Shown here piece by piece: positions 22,648 through 36,025 of a stretch of DNA of 64,000 nucleotides. The stretch is from Scyliorhinus canicula (taxonomy: Eukaryota): the NCBI RefSeq assembly GCF_902713615.1, contig NC_052157.1:33847203-33911202 (forward strand), read 5' to 3'. The position numbers were made by a program, and so were the translations under genes. The first letter of the stretch is position 1, and each line of letters starts with the position of its first letter. The notes under the pieces were generated by a model. The model ran no database searches, was not told the origin of the DNA, and saw only the letters and a list, made by a program, of their open reading frames with translations.

Positions 22648-25358
22648 CTGAAAGACCATCTGTGGTTTGATTCCTGAATTACAGGCACAATCTTCAAAGA
22701 CCTGTACTATTATTTTTCAAAGTTACCTGTGGATTTTGACTCCACAGACATTCTCCGTTCACCATACAGCAGCAGAATGTCCTTACTGTTCATCTCCACG
22801 GTGACACCCATCACCAACAGAAATCGACTCGGTGCCAACAAATATCAGCCTGAATCTTTCCTGGCTAGAATGAATCACTTAAATATTTTAATTCAATGCT
22901 GCCATTTAACCCTCGATAACACCAGCGGTAAAATAACGCCCGGCAATCCACCCAGTCGTTAATTAATCAGAAAGGTGGCACTTCTGACAACGCAGCATTC
23001 CCTCAGTGCTGCATTGAAGCTTCGCATAGATTACGCGGACAAGTCTCTGAAAGTGGTGCTGGAACGTAATGTCCTCTGACCCCAATGTCCCTAATGAGCC
23101 CTGGCTGATGAAGTGTTCCTAGTAAGAGTGCTTAAATTAAATTCAGTTCACGGTGGCTGTAGGCTACAGCATATCCAAATTTGCTACTAAATTTGCTGGG
23201 GAGGCCGCAAATACCCTCTATTGAGAAATGGAAAAAAATGCAGGTTGAAATAACTGCTTGTTATTCTGAAATAGAGAGAGTTTTACTCTGCATTTTACGT
23301 TGCACTTGGATTGGTGTCTAAAAATCAATTCCCAGCACTAGCATTCTTAGTATTTAGCCACCTAGATCAGCACTTGATGAATCCACAGACATTGCACCCT
23401 GGCTTCTACGTGTACCTTGGTACTAATCCCAGATTCTACCTCAGTCATGACATAAATTATAAAAAAAAATGCTTCAGCACCTAATGAATCTTTGGGTCGA
23501 TTTTTCAGCCATTGGGATTCATGCCCCTGGCATGGAATAGGCATTCCAGACAGGGAAATCAGACAGGGATTGCTTTTGCCAAATCCTGCTTCATTCACAT
23601 CACACGCAATCTTCCTGTAATGGAAGTTCGGTACAGCTGAAATTTATAAAACACGTGCCATTTATAATGTTTGGTATTTAATGTTTATAATTTTATGACT
23701 TCAGTTACACGTGGCTAAATGTGAATGATTTTGAAGTAACAAATGTTAAGATGGTGGCTTCCCCACCCTTCAACGTCAGTTCCTGGGGGCTTGAGGTAGA
23801 GGATTTGGAAAACACAGACCTGGAGTTTAAATCTGAAGATTAGGTGTTTATGGTGTGTAAAAGTATTAATTGGATATGCCAAGTTTCGAGAAGGCATGAC
23901 GTATTTGTTCATCCAGTGGTTCTATGCTCTACAGGTTCTGGTATTCAGAGGCCTTTGTGACTGAGGTATGTCAGGTTTTCGCTTTCTCTTTTGGTTTTTC
24001 TGGCCTTCCAGCTGACTGTTCTAAAATAGAACATTGGGGTGCAGCAGCAAGCAAAAGTGAATTTAAATGCTTTGTTTAAAGACTGCTGAAATCGGACTTC
24101 CAGAATGTAAATGTTTTTTTGTTATGTGTTAAGGAACTATCATGCTAAGTGCTATTTTGTTTGCTTCTTTCTCATAATAATAACCTCAAAGTGGTTTTAA
24201 TTTGAACCATGTAGTCCCCCAGTGTAGTTACCTCCATTTATCATGAATGTCAAGAGCTTAAGTTGGATGTCCATTAGTATTACAGTCTAATAACGGTATT
24301 TAGTCTAATGGAAAAGTATTGATTGTCAACCTAGAAGCATCATTTTGTTTATCACTTTATCCATTGGCCTGATCCTACTTGTGGAATTTATCTTTTGTGC
24401 AGGGATAAAGAGTTTTGGGAATGTTTTCGACTGGCCTTTTTTTTAACCTTCTGCAATAGTGGAAACCACAATCCTCTAAGATGGGTGTCCCTGCCGTGCC
24501 AAATGGGGTATCTTTATTTCACCCGCTTTATGTAACAGCAACTCCACTGCTGCTTTATTGAGTGATGGGGTTCACTTCATTGAAACAGAAGCAGTTAATG
24601 CTGGACAATTGCTTATATAAGTGCAAAGTTCACTGCGCACTTTTAATTCTCCAAAGTTGCGCAAAACCTAACATCTCATTTGGGGAACTTTCACCCAACT
24701 TTTTGTGGAAAGAACACTTTAGCTGAATATCCTTCAAATGAACCTAATTCCACATGTTTAAGTATCATGAAACTTCGGGCTAAATGAATTGTACGGAGGG
24801 AAAGTTTTCACCCATTCATAGTCAACTGGTGAAAGATCGAAGCTTATCTGTAGATGTCAAGATTTTTTTGTTTTATTTTCCATAGATTTGGTCAATCCTC
24901 TGGAGACATGGTCCTACCACACTGTGAATGACCAGGAGGAGGACCTGTTTTCTTTTGATAAAATTCTCAGTCGATACTGATAAAGGCACGGCCCTGGATA
25001 AGAACTTGATGAAGATGCTGACCCGAGAGATTTTCTTCCTTCTCAAGGACAATCATGTTGAAGGAGAAACGTTCTTCTCATCAAAAATCTGAGGAGGCAA
25101 TCACCCATTGAATGAGTGATTTGGCGGAAAGTCTCCCAGACGCGAAACATGAGCTCCGTTCTCTCTCCACAGACGCTGCCAGACCTGCTGAGATTGTCCA
25201 GCATTTTCTGTTTCTGCCTCAAATTCCATCAGCTGCAATAATTTACTTTTACCCTTTGAAAGGTAACACTTTAGTTAAGAAGCAACTTAACTAGCTCAAG
25301 CCATGCCAATCTGTATTGTAAAATAAATCTCTCCTACTATTAAAAAATGTGGATTATC

Positions 25359-25640
25359 GGGCAGCACGGTAGCACAGTGGTTAGCACAGTTGCTTCACAG
25401 TTCCAGGGTCACAGGTTTGATTCCTGGCTTGGGTCACTGTCTGTGCGGAGTCTGCACTTTCTCCCCGTGTGTGCGAGGGTTTCCTCCGGGTGCTCCAGTT
25501 TCCTCCCACAGTCCAAAGATGTGCAAGTTAGGTGGATTGGCCATGTTAAATTGCCCTTAAAAAAAAAAGGGTACTGGGTAATGGGGATTGGTTGGAAGTG
25601 TGGACTAAAGTGGGGTGGTCTTTCGAAGAGCTGGTGGAGG
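25359..25640 (+). mobile_element. HE1-type V-SINE; its tail resumes at 26935-26968 after a LINE insertion
   Basis: tRNA head plus V core; ATGGCCTCCTTCTGTACTGTAAATTCTACGATT follows the LINE. Confidence 0.85.
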
Positions 25641-26934
25641 CATAGAACATAGAACAGTACAGCACAGAGCAGGCCCTTCGGCCCTCGATGTTGTGCCAAG
25701 CATTGTCCGAAACCAAGATCAAGCTATCCCACTCCCTGTCATTCTGGTGTGCTCCATGTGCCTATCCAATGACCGCTTGAAAGTTCCTAAAGTGTCAGAC
25801 TCCACTATCACAGCAGGCAGTCCATTCCACAGCCAAACCACTCTCTGAGTAAAGAACCTACCTCGGATATCCCTCCTATATCTCCCACCCTGAATCTTAT
25901 AGTTATGCCCCCTTATGCTACATCCACCCAAGGAAATAGTCTCTGAACGTACACTCTATCTATCCCCCTCATCATCTTATAAACCTCTATTAAGTCGCCT
26001 CTCATCCTCCTCGGCTCCAAAGAGAAAAGCCCTATCTCCCTCAACCTTTCCTCATAAGACATATCCTGCAAACTCAGGCAGCATCCTGGTAAATCTCCTT
26101 TGCACCCTTTCCAATGCTTCCACATCCTTCCTATAATGAGGTGACCAGAACTGCACACAATACTCCAAATGTGGTCTCACCAGGGTCATGTATAGTTGCA
26201 ACATAACCCCGCATCTCTTAAACTCAAGCCCCCTGTTAATAAACGCTAACACACTATAAGCCATCTTCACGGCTCTATCTACTTGAATGGCAACTTTCAG
26301 AGATCTGTGGACATGAACCCCAAGATCTCGCTGTTCCTCCACATTCCTCAGAACCGTACCATTGACCCTGTAATCTGCATTCAAATTTTTTCTACCAAAA
26401 TGAATCACCTCGCAATTATCAGGGTTAAACTCCATTTGCCATTTCTCGGCCCAGCTCTGCATCCTATCAATGTCTCTTTGCAGCCTACAACAGCCCTCCA
26501 CCTCATCCACTCATCCACCAATCTTGGTGTCATCAGCAAATTTACTGACCCATCATTCAGCCCCCTCCTCCAAGTCATTGATGAAAATCGCAAATAGCAG
26601 AGGACCCAGCACTGATCCCTCTGGTACACCGCTGGTAACTAGTCTCCAGTCTGAAAATTTTCCATCCACCACCACCCTCTGTCTTCTATGTGATAACCAA
26701 TTACTTATCCAATTGGCCAAATTTCCCTCTATCCCACACCTCCTTACTTTCTTCATGAGTCGACCATGGGGAACCTTATCAAACGCCTTACTAAAATCCA
26801 TGTATACGACATCAACTGCTCTACCTTCATCTACACACTTAGTTACCTCCTCAAAGAATTCAATCATGTTTGTGAGGCAAGACTTACCCTTCACGAATCC
26901 GTGTTGACTATCCAGGATTAAGCTGCATCTTTCC
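25641..26934 (-). mobile_element. Young 5'-truncated CR1/HER1 LINE (RT domain)
   Basis: [38 protein letters not shown]; (TTCTATG)n tail. Confidence 0.95.
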
Positions 26935-28959
26935 ATGGCCTCCTTCTGTACTGTAAATTCTACGATTACATTTTGGATATGTTTATGATTAATGAATAGT
27001 CTTGGCTTATTTCAGATTGTATATATGTTGTATCTTCCCCATAAACTGCATTTCCTGCAAATGTAAGATTTAATTCCTGTAACACTAATTCTTGTAATAC
27101 TATTCACATAACACTTGGTTGATAATGCCCTTAGCATTATAAGACAACAAATCAACTGCTTCCCTATAAGCAATGCCACAAAAGATCTGCTTTTACAAAA
27201 TAAAGACCCTTTGGAAGAGAGGACTAGGTCCTGTAATTTTTTTTTCATTTATTACTCAACGCAGTTGCCTACAGCAATATCCTGCCATGGAGTACATTAG
27301 ATAATTAATTTCCTTTCAATGTTACCCACAAGTGCAAACTTTCTGCATATAGCCTACTGTTTATTCAGCAGTCAGTCATGTTTCCATTATTCTACCATTC
27401 AAGATGTTTCCAGAAGTGATGTGACTTTTAACGCGAGGGAAAGGGTTCCACAGATGCTGCCAGACCTGCTGAGATTGTCCAGCATTTTCTGTTTCAGATA
27501 CCAGCATCCACAGTAATTTGCTTTTATCCACGTATGTGCTGTTGGCATAAAGGAAAGCCAAATAATCAATAGCTATTGATACTTCTGCCAAATGCTAAGA
27601 TCCAGAGCTTCCAGTTTACCTTTCTCAATGAAATGAACCCCCATTCAGTCACAAGCTACTTTTATTTTTTATTTGTAATGATATTGATGTCAAAATAGAA
27701 TCGATTTGATCATTAAAAGTTGTAATTAAATACCTCATGCGTGCAGCTCAGGGTTTTTTTCTATGAAACTCAAACTACCTGAAATTAATCAGTTGAAGGT
27801 ATCCTCAGTTGAACTCAGGATGTGACATTTCATTGAAATGACATTTGAAGTAGATATCTTCCAAAGCTGTTGGAACGTTGAGTGTGTGCGGTGCAACATT
27901 CGGCTCCATTAATTTATGTTTACAAGTGCTCTTTTATTCTTCAGCCTGTCCCCACTGAACTTAATTATCTCTGTGCTCACAGATAGCAACAAAATGCTTC
28001 CAATTAGCGTGTGCATTGCAAACCTCAATCCTGACTGGTGAGTGTGCTATGGAACAGTCTGCTTGCTTTATTTAAATTCAACCTTCAGTGGTAGTTGCGC
28101 TTTATATCTGTCACAATGGGAAGCATTAGCACTCTTCCTGCATGTTGTCTTATTCAAATAGAAAAGACATGCATTGCAGTTATATTTGCATATATCTTTC
28201 ACAGAGCAGATCACAATCGACTGCATGCTTGACTACAATAGTGTGTACAGGACTTTACCCAGCATCATCCCCTGATGCAGGGCAATAACTCCCTTTTCTA
28301 GTGGGTATGAGATTGGTAACAAATGCATTTCACTAAGAATCGGTTCGCTGATTGCCCCACCTAATTTATATTGTATTTTGAACATTCAAGTATTAATCTT
28401 ATTAGCTTTCTCATGAGGCAATGTAAGTTGGGAATACATTAAACATGTACTGTATGCTGATAAACTGCCTGTTTATTGCTTGTACGCAATCAGTCATCAT
28501 TGTACGTTTCTTTGCATACGCTACTCCTTTTACAAATGCATGGCTTTTGTATTAAAATACTGAATAATGCGTACTTCAGTATACACTGTGCAGTAGGTCG
28601 GAATGCAAAGAAGGAAGTCCTGTATCTCGTGTCAGTGTACATGCAGGACAGCTAACCCAAGCTCTCACTCCCATTATCTGATGACACCATCTTTCTGCAG
28701 CAGTTGCTCGCAAAATATGTCAAAAATAAATCATTGATGAAGCAGTTGCCTCAGTGAACTGGGTCTGTTGCTGCACCTCCCCAGTTAGCATGTAGCACAC
28801 TAGATCATGCATAGGTGCAAATCATACTTATTAATAGGTGTCTAACTTCAGAATGGAAATCTGAAAATGATCGGAGACTAATTTTGTGCTTATGTGATGT
28901 GTGTGTTTGTTCATATAACAGTTGATAACTACTTATTATCCATGTCCTATATTTTATAT

Positions 28960-29345
28960 CTGTAGAATCCCTAAAGTCCAGAAGGAGGCCATGCAGCCCA
29001 TCAAGTCTGCACCAAATCCTCCAAAAGAGCACTGCCTAAACTCACTCCCCCACCTTATTCCCGTAACCCCACCTAATCTACATATATTTGGACACTAAGT
29101 GGCAATTTAGCATGGCCGATCCACCTAACCTGCACATCTTTGGACACTAAGGGCCAATTTAGCATGGCCGATCCACCTAACCTGAACATCTTTGGACTGT
29201 TGGAGGAAACTAGAGCACTCGGAGGAAACCCACACAGACACGGGGAGGACGTACAAACTCCACTCAGACAGTCACCCAAGGATACAATTGAATGCGGGTC
29301 CCTGGTGCTGCGAGGCAGCAGTGCTAACCACCATTCCACCGTGCC
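28960..29345 (-). mobile_element. HE1-type V-SINE with about 52-bp internal tandem units
   Basis: Unit ACCTAACCTGCACATCTTTGGACACTAAG..CAATTTAGCATGGCCGATCC repeated at 29071-29196. Confidence 0.85.
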
Positions 29346-29394
29346 TCGCTATATAATGTATACGCTATGTGATTTGGTAGAGGCCAAAGAGAGA

Positions 29395-29600
29395 CAACTG
29401 GATTCTCAATCAGCGGGATCGTCCATTTTGCCGTCAATGCACCTGTGCCCGCGGATTTCCCAGTGGTGTGGGGGTGGCCACAATGGGAAACCACATTGCC
29501 CGGCTGCAGAGATGAAGTACCCCACTGCCTTGGGGGGGGGGGGGGGGGGGGGGGGGGGCGCACCTCAAAATGGGTACGGTGAGATGGGGAATCCCACCCA
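29395..29600. mobile_element. Short Harbinger-type MITE
   Basis: CTGGATTCTC ... GGGAATCCCACCC ends; long poly-G tract. Confidence 0.55.
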
Positions 29601-30187
29601 GGGAATTTTATTCACCGTCTAATTGGTGGCAAATTATTTTTCAATGTTGGCAAGCAGAAACACAAGCCCACAAGCTGTCGCTGGACACAAATAGGTTTAC
29701 CCTATCTTCAATCCTTTATTGTTCGTTTTCATGCTTTCATTTTGCATCTGAACCTTACTAACTAATTATTTTCATCCTAATCTATTCTAAAATATTGACA
29801 TGTCAATTTAATGCTTGTTTCACATTCATAGTTTTTAATCACTAACTCACTTTATTCCTTCAAGGTTTGTTTTTGGGCAAAAGTCCACATGCTAACTTTC
29901 TGACCATCAAGTAGTAACTTCAGTCAAGCTCCAACATTACTGACAAGCAATATTCTTTGATTAATAGTCAGGGAGCTCGAGAGCTGATGCTAAATAGAAT
30001 GAACAGGATAGAATTCCTCCCTTCACCCTGTACTATTAGCATTGCAGATGATGTGGTAAAGGACCTCAGGCAGAACAAGACAACAATCAAAACGTCTGCC
30101 TGGGCACACGTCATCTTGTGTCTGTTGGTCAAGAATCAAAAACAAACATTGGAGTTAATGCGCTGCAGGAGTGAATCCAACAATATC

Positions 30188-31509
30188 GGGCTTGATTCTC
30201 CGGCCTCGTTGTGCTCGAGCTCAAGCGGGCCGTTTGCATCACAAACTGTTTGACACCTGCCACCAAACAGCTTGCGATGCAAGCGGCCTGCTCCCGTAGG
30301 TGAAATCGGGATTCACCGTAGCATGGCGAGAAACTAATTATCACCACTTAAACCCCATTCCCATACAATTAACGAGAGCGACCCCATATCCAACAGCCTC
30401 CTGTCATTCAATGGCCTCAATAGTAAGTGGTCACGCTGGCGCAGATCAGTACGCCTTTTGAAAAATGTAAACGTGGCGGAAGGGCTTCTGTGGGGTGCTG
30501 AGGGGATGAGTAGCCATCTTTGCTCACAGGCAAAGAGCCCGGGGGTGCTGGGCTTGCCACCCCAGTGCTAGCTGGGGGATGGGGACCCTCTGCAGGGGTG
30601 GGCGGCCAAGGGGATGGGGTGCGCTGGGGAGATGGGCAAAGGGTCCGGGATCATCCCGTATTGCAGAAGGAAGCATCATAACGGTTTTGCGAAGAGGTGT
30701 TTAATGTGCTGTACAAACCCCACTCCCGATGGTGCCTTGGACACTTCAGTCGTGGTGCCAACATCATGCACCAGCCTCTCCACTGCGGTCGCCTAGCAGT
30801 CTTGGTCTTGGTGCCACTCAATGCCGGTGCCATCTCCTGGTCCCCTAGCCTCTGGGACTCCTCCAGTCGGCTATGGATCTGTTAGAGTGACACTGACATC
30901 TCCCTCTGAAACCCCAAGATGGTCCCTATCATCTCCATCAGCTCCGGGTAACTCTGTTCCACCGACTCAGGATCAGGCTGGGGGTCGCATGGGAAGTTGG
31001 GGGGGGGGGGGGGGGCGGGTGCTTCCTTGGGGAGAGTGGTTGGTATCTACTCAGTAGTGCTGCCCGGTGTAGGTCTTTGACCTTCTTCCTGTCCTGTTAG
31101 TCACACTTCCCGAGCTGTCAGCTGCTGCCAGCATTGACTGCCATGTGACTCACCCTCCGGGTCCCTCGGGGGAACAGGACATCCCTCCTGGCCTCTACGG
31201 TATCTAGTAGCCTCCCCAGGGCAGCATCTTGGGGCTGGTCTCCTCGGTGCCATTGTTGCAAGCTGGCTGGGGTTGGCTGAGCAAGTGCAACTTAAGTGCT
31301 GCTCAACCTTGTTAGCGTGGTGCTGGAGAGTGCGGCCCTGCAGAATCAGCTGGCGAGCCTTCACTTGCGGTGAGAAGCCAGTGAGGCCCTGTTAAGTGGA
31401 CCAATTAACATTGAATTGTGTAGCCGGCCTCGCTGGGCTGAGCGCCGGGAAGCTCGTGACAATTCCTGCTTGCGACCACACTTAGAAATTTTTCCAGAGA
31501 ATTGCATCC
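30188..31509 (-). mobile_element. Internally deleted PIF/Harbinger element
   Basis: TIR GGGCTTGATTCTCC / GAGAATTGC; contains a Myb/SANT pseudogene. Confidence 0.7.
31056..31253 (-). pseudogene. Harbinger Myb/SANT-like DNA-binding protein N-terminus (frameshifted)
   Basis: Frame-joined MAPRRPAPR / LGRLLDTVEARRDVLFPRGTRRVSH / RKKVKDLHRAA, a NAIF1-like Myb pattern. Confidence 0.75.
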
Positions 31510-32822
31510 GCCTTTTGCTGTTTCGATTTGCATTTGCTGTATTTAGGTTTTTAATTAGTGTGTCAAGTTGCTGAAAGGGTGAGCTGATAACAGCACAGTG
31601 AGACAAACAGAACATTTGGGACCTAAATTGTGTATCTCCTTAACCAATCAAATTGCAGTATAGTGAAATTAACAGGACAAGGACATAGGAGGAAGTGTCA
31701 TTTAGAGTGGGTGAATTCATTGCCAAACCGGAAAGAAGAGGAGAAATGAAGAGTGAAGGAAGGATTGAATTAGGAGAGAGATTTGGATTAGAAAAACAAA
31801 TAAAAACGTTTTTTAACAGGCTCATTCATTTTAAAATAAAACAACGGCAATTAAAAGCTGAAGGAAGGAGACACCACACTTATAATTGTTAATTTTCAAT
31901 GCCAGAGTGTTTGTTTGTCAGTAAACAATTATCATGCCGTTGAAAGGTTACTGAAATTGACAAGAACTGACTTTCTGCAGCATGTGTAGCTCATATCTGT
32001 TGCTCAGGTACAGCAACATCGTGTCACTCAATATATTTTAATAGTGAACCAGAGAACGAGATAACACTTTTGCAAAGTTAATGGTGGAGCACTGCATTTT
32101 GGACAGCGACCATTGGATTCCTGCCTGAAATTGCTGTAACATGTGTGCCAAATAGTATCGAGTTCTATTCACCTCATTGTTATTTTGACAGAAAATGGTG
32201 GAGCATTGATTTCAGAACTTTTTCTTCAGCGCGGGCCAAGGTGGTAATTTCAATATTTATAACCAAGTGGTATCCTTAATTTAAGCTGCACCAATAGTTT
32301 ATAACCCTTTACAGCAAAGTAACTGTGAAATCCTTACATGAAAAAGAAAGCAGTACAAAAAGAATGGGAATAAAAACAGAACATGCTAGAAAAACCCAGC
32401 AGTCTGGTGGATCTTCTGGTCCATGGTCCAATCAATGTCTGGAGTTTTGCGTGATTCGCCAGTCCCGTCGTGGGAGGAAGGGGGGGGGTCACCTTCAGCA
32501 GGATCGGAAGACCCCATCACTGGGGAGGACCATAAAATCGCATCCAATGTTTCAAGTCTGTATGGAAATGGGAAATTTGAGGATAACTGAATTTATGACC
32601 AGATTCCTGAGATAGCACACTCGAATATTTGTTTTGTAAATACGTTTTTGCAATCGAGCAAGCTGCATTTTATCGATTTGCTGTTAAGATTTCCACAACA
32701 TCTTTTTCTTATTTAATTTTTATTAATTACTTTTTTTACGCTCCCCTCTCTTATATTGGGATAGATTTGATGAGTTGGAGCTCCTGACCTTGGACGTGAG
32801 GCTATTGACTCCACAATATTTT

Positions 32823-33050
32823 CTCTTTTTAAATAAATTTAGAGTACCCAATTATTTTTTCCAATTAAGGGGCAATTTAGCGTGGCCAATTCACCTAACC
32901 TGCACATCTTTGGGTTGTGGAGGCGAAACCCATGCAGACACGGGACGAATGTGCAAACTCTACATGGACAGTGACCCAGGGCTGGGATTCGAACCCGGGT
33001 CCTCAGTGCCGTAGGCAGCAATGCTAACCACTGTGCCACCGCGCTGCCCT
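32823..33050 (-). mobile_element. Poly(A)-type V-SINE with 13-bp TSD
   Basis: TCCACAATATTTT at 32810-32822 and 33051-33063. Confidence 0.9.
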
Positions 33051-35199
33051 TCCACAATATTTTCTACCTGTTAATATGCATTCCTATCATCATGTAAATC
33101 TTCACAGAAAGCACTACTTTGTGACATTTACCCCAATATATTTTTCTTTTTTTAATTAAGCTAATACTGAGGGGGCGGGGGGGGGGGGGCAGGGAGGGCG
33201 TTCAAAAGAGTAAATGAGAAAGTTTCAGGAAATTAAGTGGGCAGATATGAGGATTGGAGTCCACAAAGCGAGTCTGACACTTGGGGCAGGATCTTCATTC
33301 TGGTGTTGGCGACCGTGATGTTGCACGTCCAGGCACCAACCACGGCTTTAGACATAAGGCACACTATTCAAGGAAAAGGCCGCTCATTGGCCCAATGTCA
33401 AGATGAGGAGTGGTAGAGGGAGGAGTTGCACTCAATGGGCCAGATTTAAAGGGAATGCAGCCGCTGTGAAGATGAAATGGGATAATTGTCGCAAGCAATT
33501 CAACGATCATCTCGGGTCTGGTATCAGGGGCATAAAGTGTGACACCTGAATGAGGTGTGCAGTCACCAGTCGATACGCAAGCTGAACAACCTGAGGGTGC
33601 ACAGTGCTCCTACACATAGGGGAGATGTGTGCCCAGGAGCATTGCTGAGCTGTGAGTAAAGTTCATAACCATAGTATTATTGTGGCAAAGGCAACATTGC
33701 AGAGCGTAGCATCCGGATTGTAAGTGGTGAGGGGGGATAGCATTACTTTAACTCTCTCCCTTGAACTTACAAGAGGAAAACTCAACAAGAGGGCCTGCTC
33801 AGATGGGCAAGTGTGCCAGCTTGCCAGACGAGGCGGTCCTGGAATAGGCTAAGATGGCATCACATCAAAGAGTGGACAGTGGAGAGATTGAAATTTGCCC
33901 AAGATGGTGAACTGATCTCATTCCAAGTGAAGGGGATAGAGGACTCTATACCACTACACCATGCCAGAACATTAACAGTAATGTTGTGCTTTAGCTCTGC
34001 AGAAGCACCTGCTGATATGTCATTCTCATGTGCACAGGGCCAGTTATGGAGAGGGAGCCTGTGCCTGCAAGAAGGGCATCATCTGCAATGGATGAAGCAC
34101 CAGATCCTGCACCATCACATCATTTGTGCATATCTTCCATCAGCACAGATGTACTTACCTCAGTGGATCCTCAACTCAACATAGAATTGGTGGCACCGGG
34201 TGAATCGCAATTAACAAGTGAGCAGGAGGAGGTTAGGGAGACAAAAATGGCGGTTTCCTGAGGCAATGAGGAGAGATGGAGTCAGAATGGGCAAGACCAT
34301 TCATCAGATATGCTCTGCTGTATCTCAAGCTCTTGAGCACATGAGCTCCTCCATTGAGAGTGGCTGGCCTCTTGGAGAATGATGTGCGGCATCGCTCTGA
34401 ATGGATACAGGAGCAGCGCACTGACATTCACAGAATGTACGTCACTTTCTGTAGCATTGAGTGGTGCCAGTGGAGCAAAAGTGCATTGAGTAGATGGCGC
34501 AATGACCTAGCTGGTGATTCCCTTGAATAAACAAGTGCGCAATGAAACGGTTGAAGCATTTACAGATGGTGATGAGAGTGCCCCCTCACATGGGGTGCCG
34601 TTGCCATCATCGCCCCCTCAGCACCTATGACAAACCATCTGAGCAACCAGGCCCTGTGACAAAGGCTGGCCTTCCATTGATGCTGCTGTAAGAGCATGTG
34701 GAGGCCCCCTCACTGGCACCTCCATGCTCTGGACAACGTCCTTCAGTTTTGTACACAGACACAAGTAAGCCACTTTGTTCATATGCAGTTGTGTTAGTTA
34801 CTAGACAGTTAATACAATGGACATATCGATTGCACCCACATTTATGCATTTCCAGTTGATTGATGGCAATAAGGTGAAAGAGGGAAGAATTGCAAAAGCG
34901 ACACAAAAATATCTGTATTTGGAGATAGTAGTTGCTAGAGATGTATGGTCCATCCAAGGTTGGTAACACTGGAGGTATTTAGATGTATGTGTATTATGGA
35001 TGTGTTCTCTTACTCAGAGGAAGGTGACACTCATACAGAGCGATTAGATCAGAATGGTCCTGATGCCCCTGTCATCCACTTGAGTGCCTTGACCCCTGTG
35101 GTGACCCTGGTAAACTCTCTGCAAAGCACTGGCATCATTCTTCATTGCACATTCCTCCTTCTCCTCCTCCTCTTTCCCCCCCCCCTCCCCCTGAGAAAC

Positions 35200-36025
35200 T
35201 ATTCCAGCTGTTCTCCCTCTTCCAGATCCACAGGCCTCTGCTGTGTCATGTTATGGACTCTGCATCAAACCCTCACAATGCGTGGCACCCTTCAGGGAGG
35301 TGTACTGGAGGGCTCCACCTGACCAGGCAAGGCACCAGAACTGCATCTTTGAACATCCGATGGCCTGGTAGATGGTGGTCATGGTGACCATGAGGAACCA
35401 ATTGTAGCACCCCTCTACCTTCATTGTACGATGACACAAAGGTGCCAGAAGTCATCTCTTCAACTCATCTCTCCCGCTGATGTCCCGAAGAGCTGCGGTA
35501 CCTGCGACAGATGGTGGATGAAGGCATCATGGCAGCTGCCAGAATAACACAGACACACAAAGACCTTGTTATGGTCAAGACCAGTTGAATATTATCCCTT
35601 GCTGCTCACGTGGTGCCTTGATAGTCAAATGGGTGCAACCAATGATAGCCTGAACATTAGGGCATCCAGCTGTGGAGCCAAATTCCACTGCTGTCTGTGG
35701 CTGCACAGTCCAATCTGTTTGATACTCTAGACACTCTGCCATTCTCTTACACAGGGCGTCCATAAGCTGTCTTGTGCAATAATGTGCTGCTGCCTAAGAA
35801 ATGTCACCAGGGTCTGCTGCTGATCTTTGGAATGATCTTGCAGTGAAGGTCAAATCCACTGTGATGTTCATAGCTATTGATGGGGCATGTCCATGAGACT
35901 TGAGAGTTTTGCGATGATCCTCATCGAGGGGATACATGTCAGCAACTACCTCCCTGGACAGGCAAAGCCCCCTGTGGCAATGATGCTGTGAAATATTGAG
36001 ATAGCTTATGTTTTAGTGTTATGTC
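35200..36025 (-). pseudogene. HARBI1-like Harbinger transposase remnant
   Basis: SYLNISQHHCHRGLCLSREVVAD; GCPNVQAIIGCTHLTIKAP (degenerate GAIDCTH); CLAWSGGALQYT. Confidence 0.8.
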
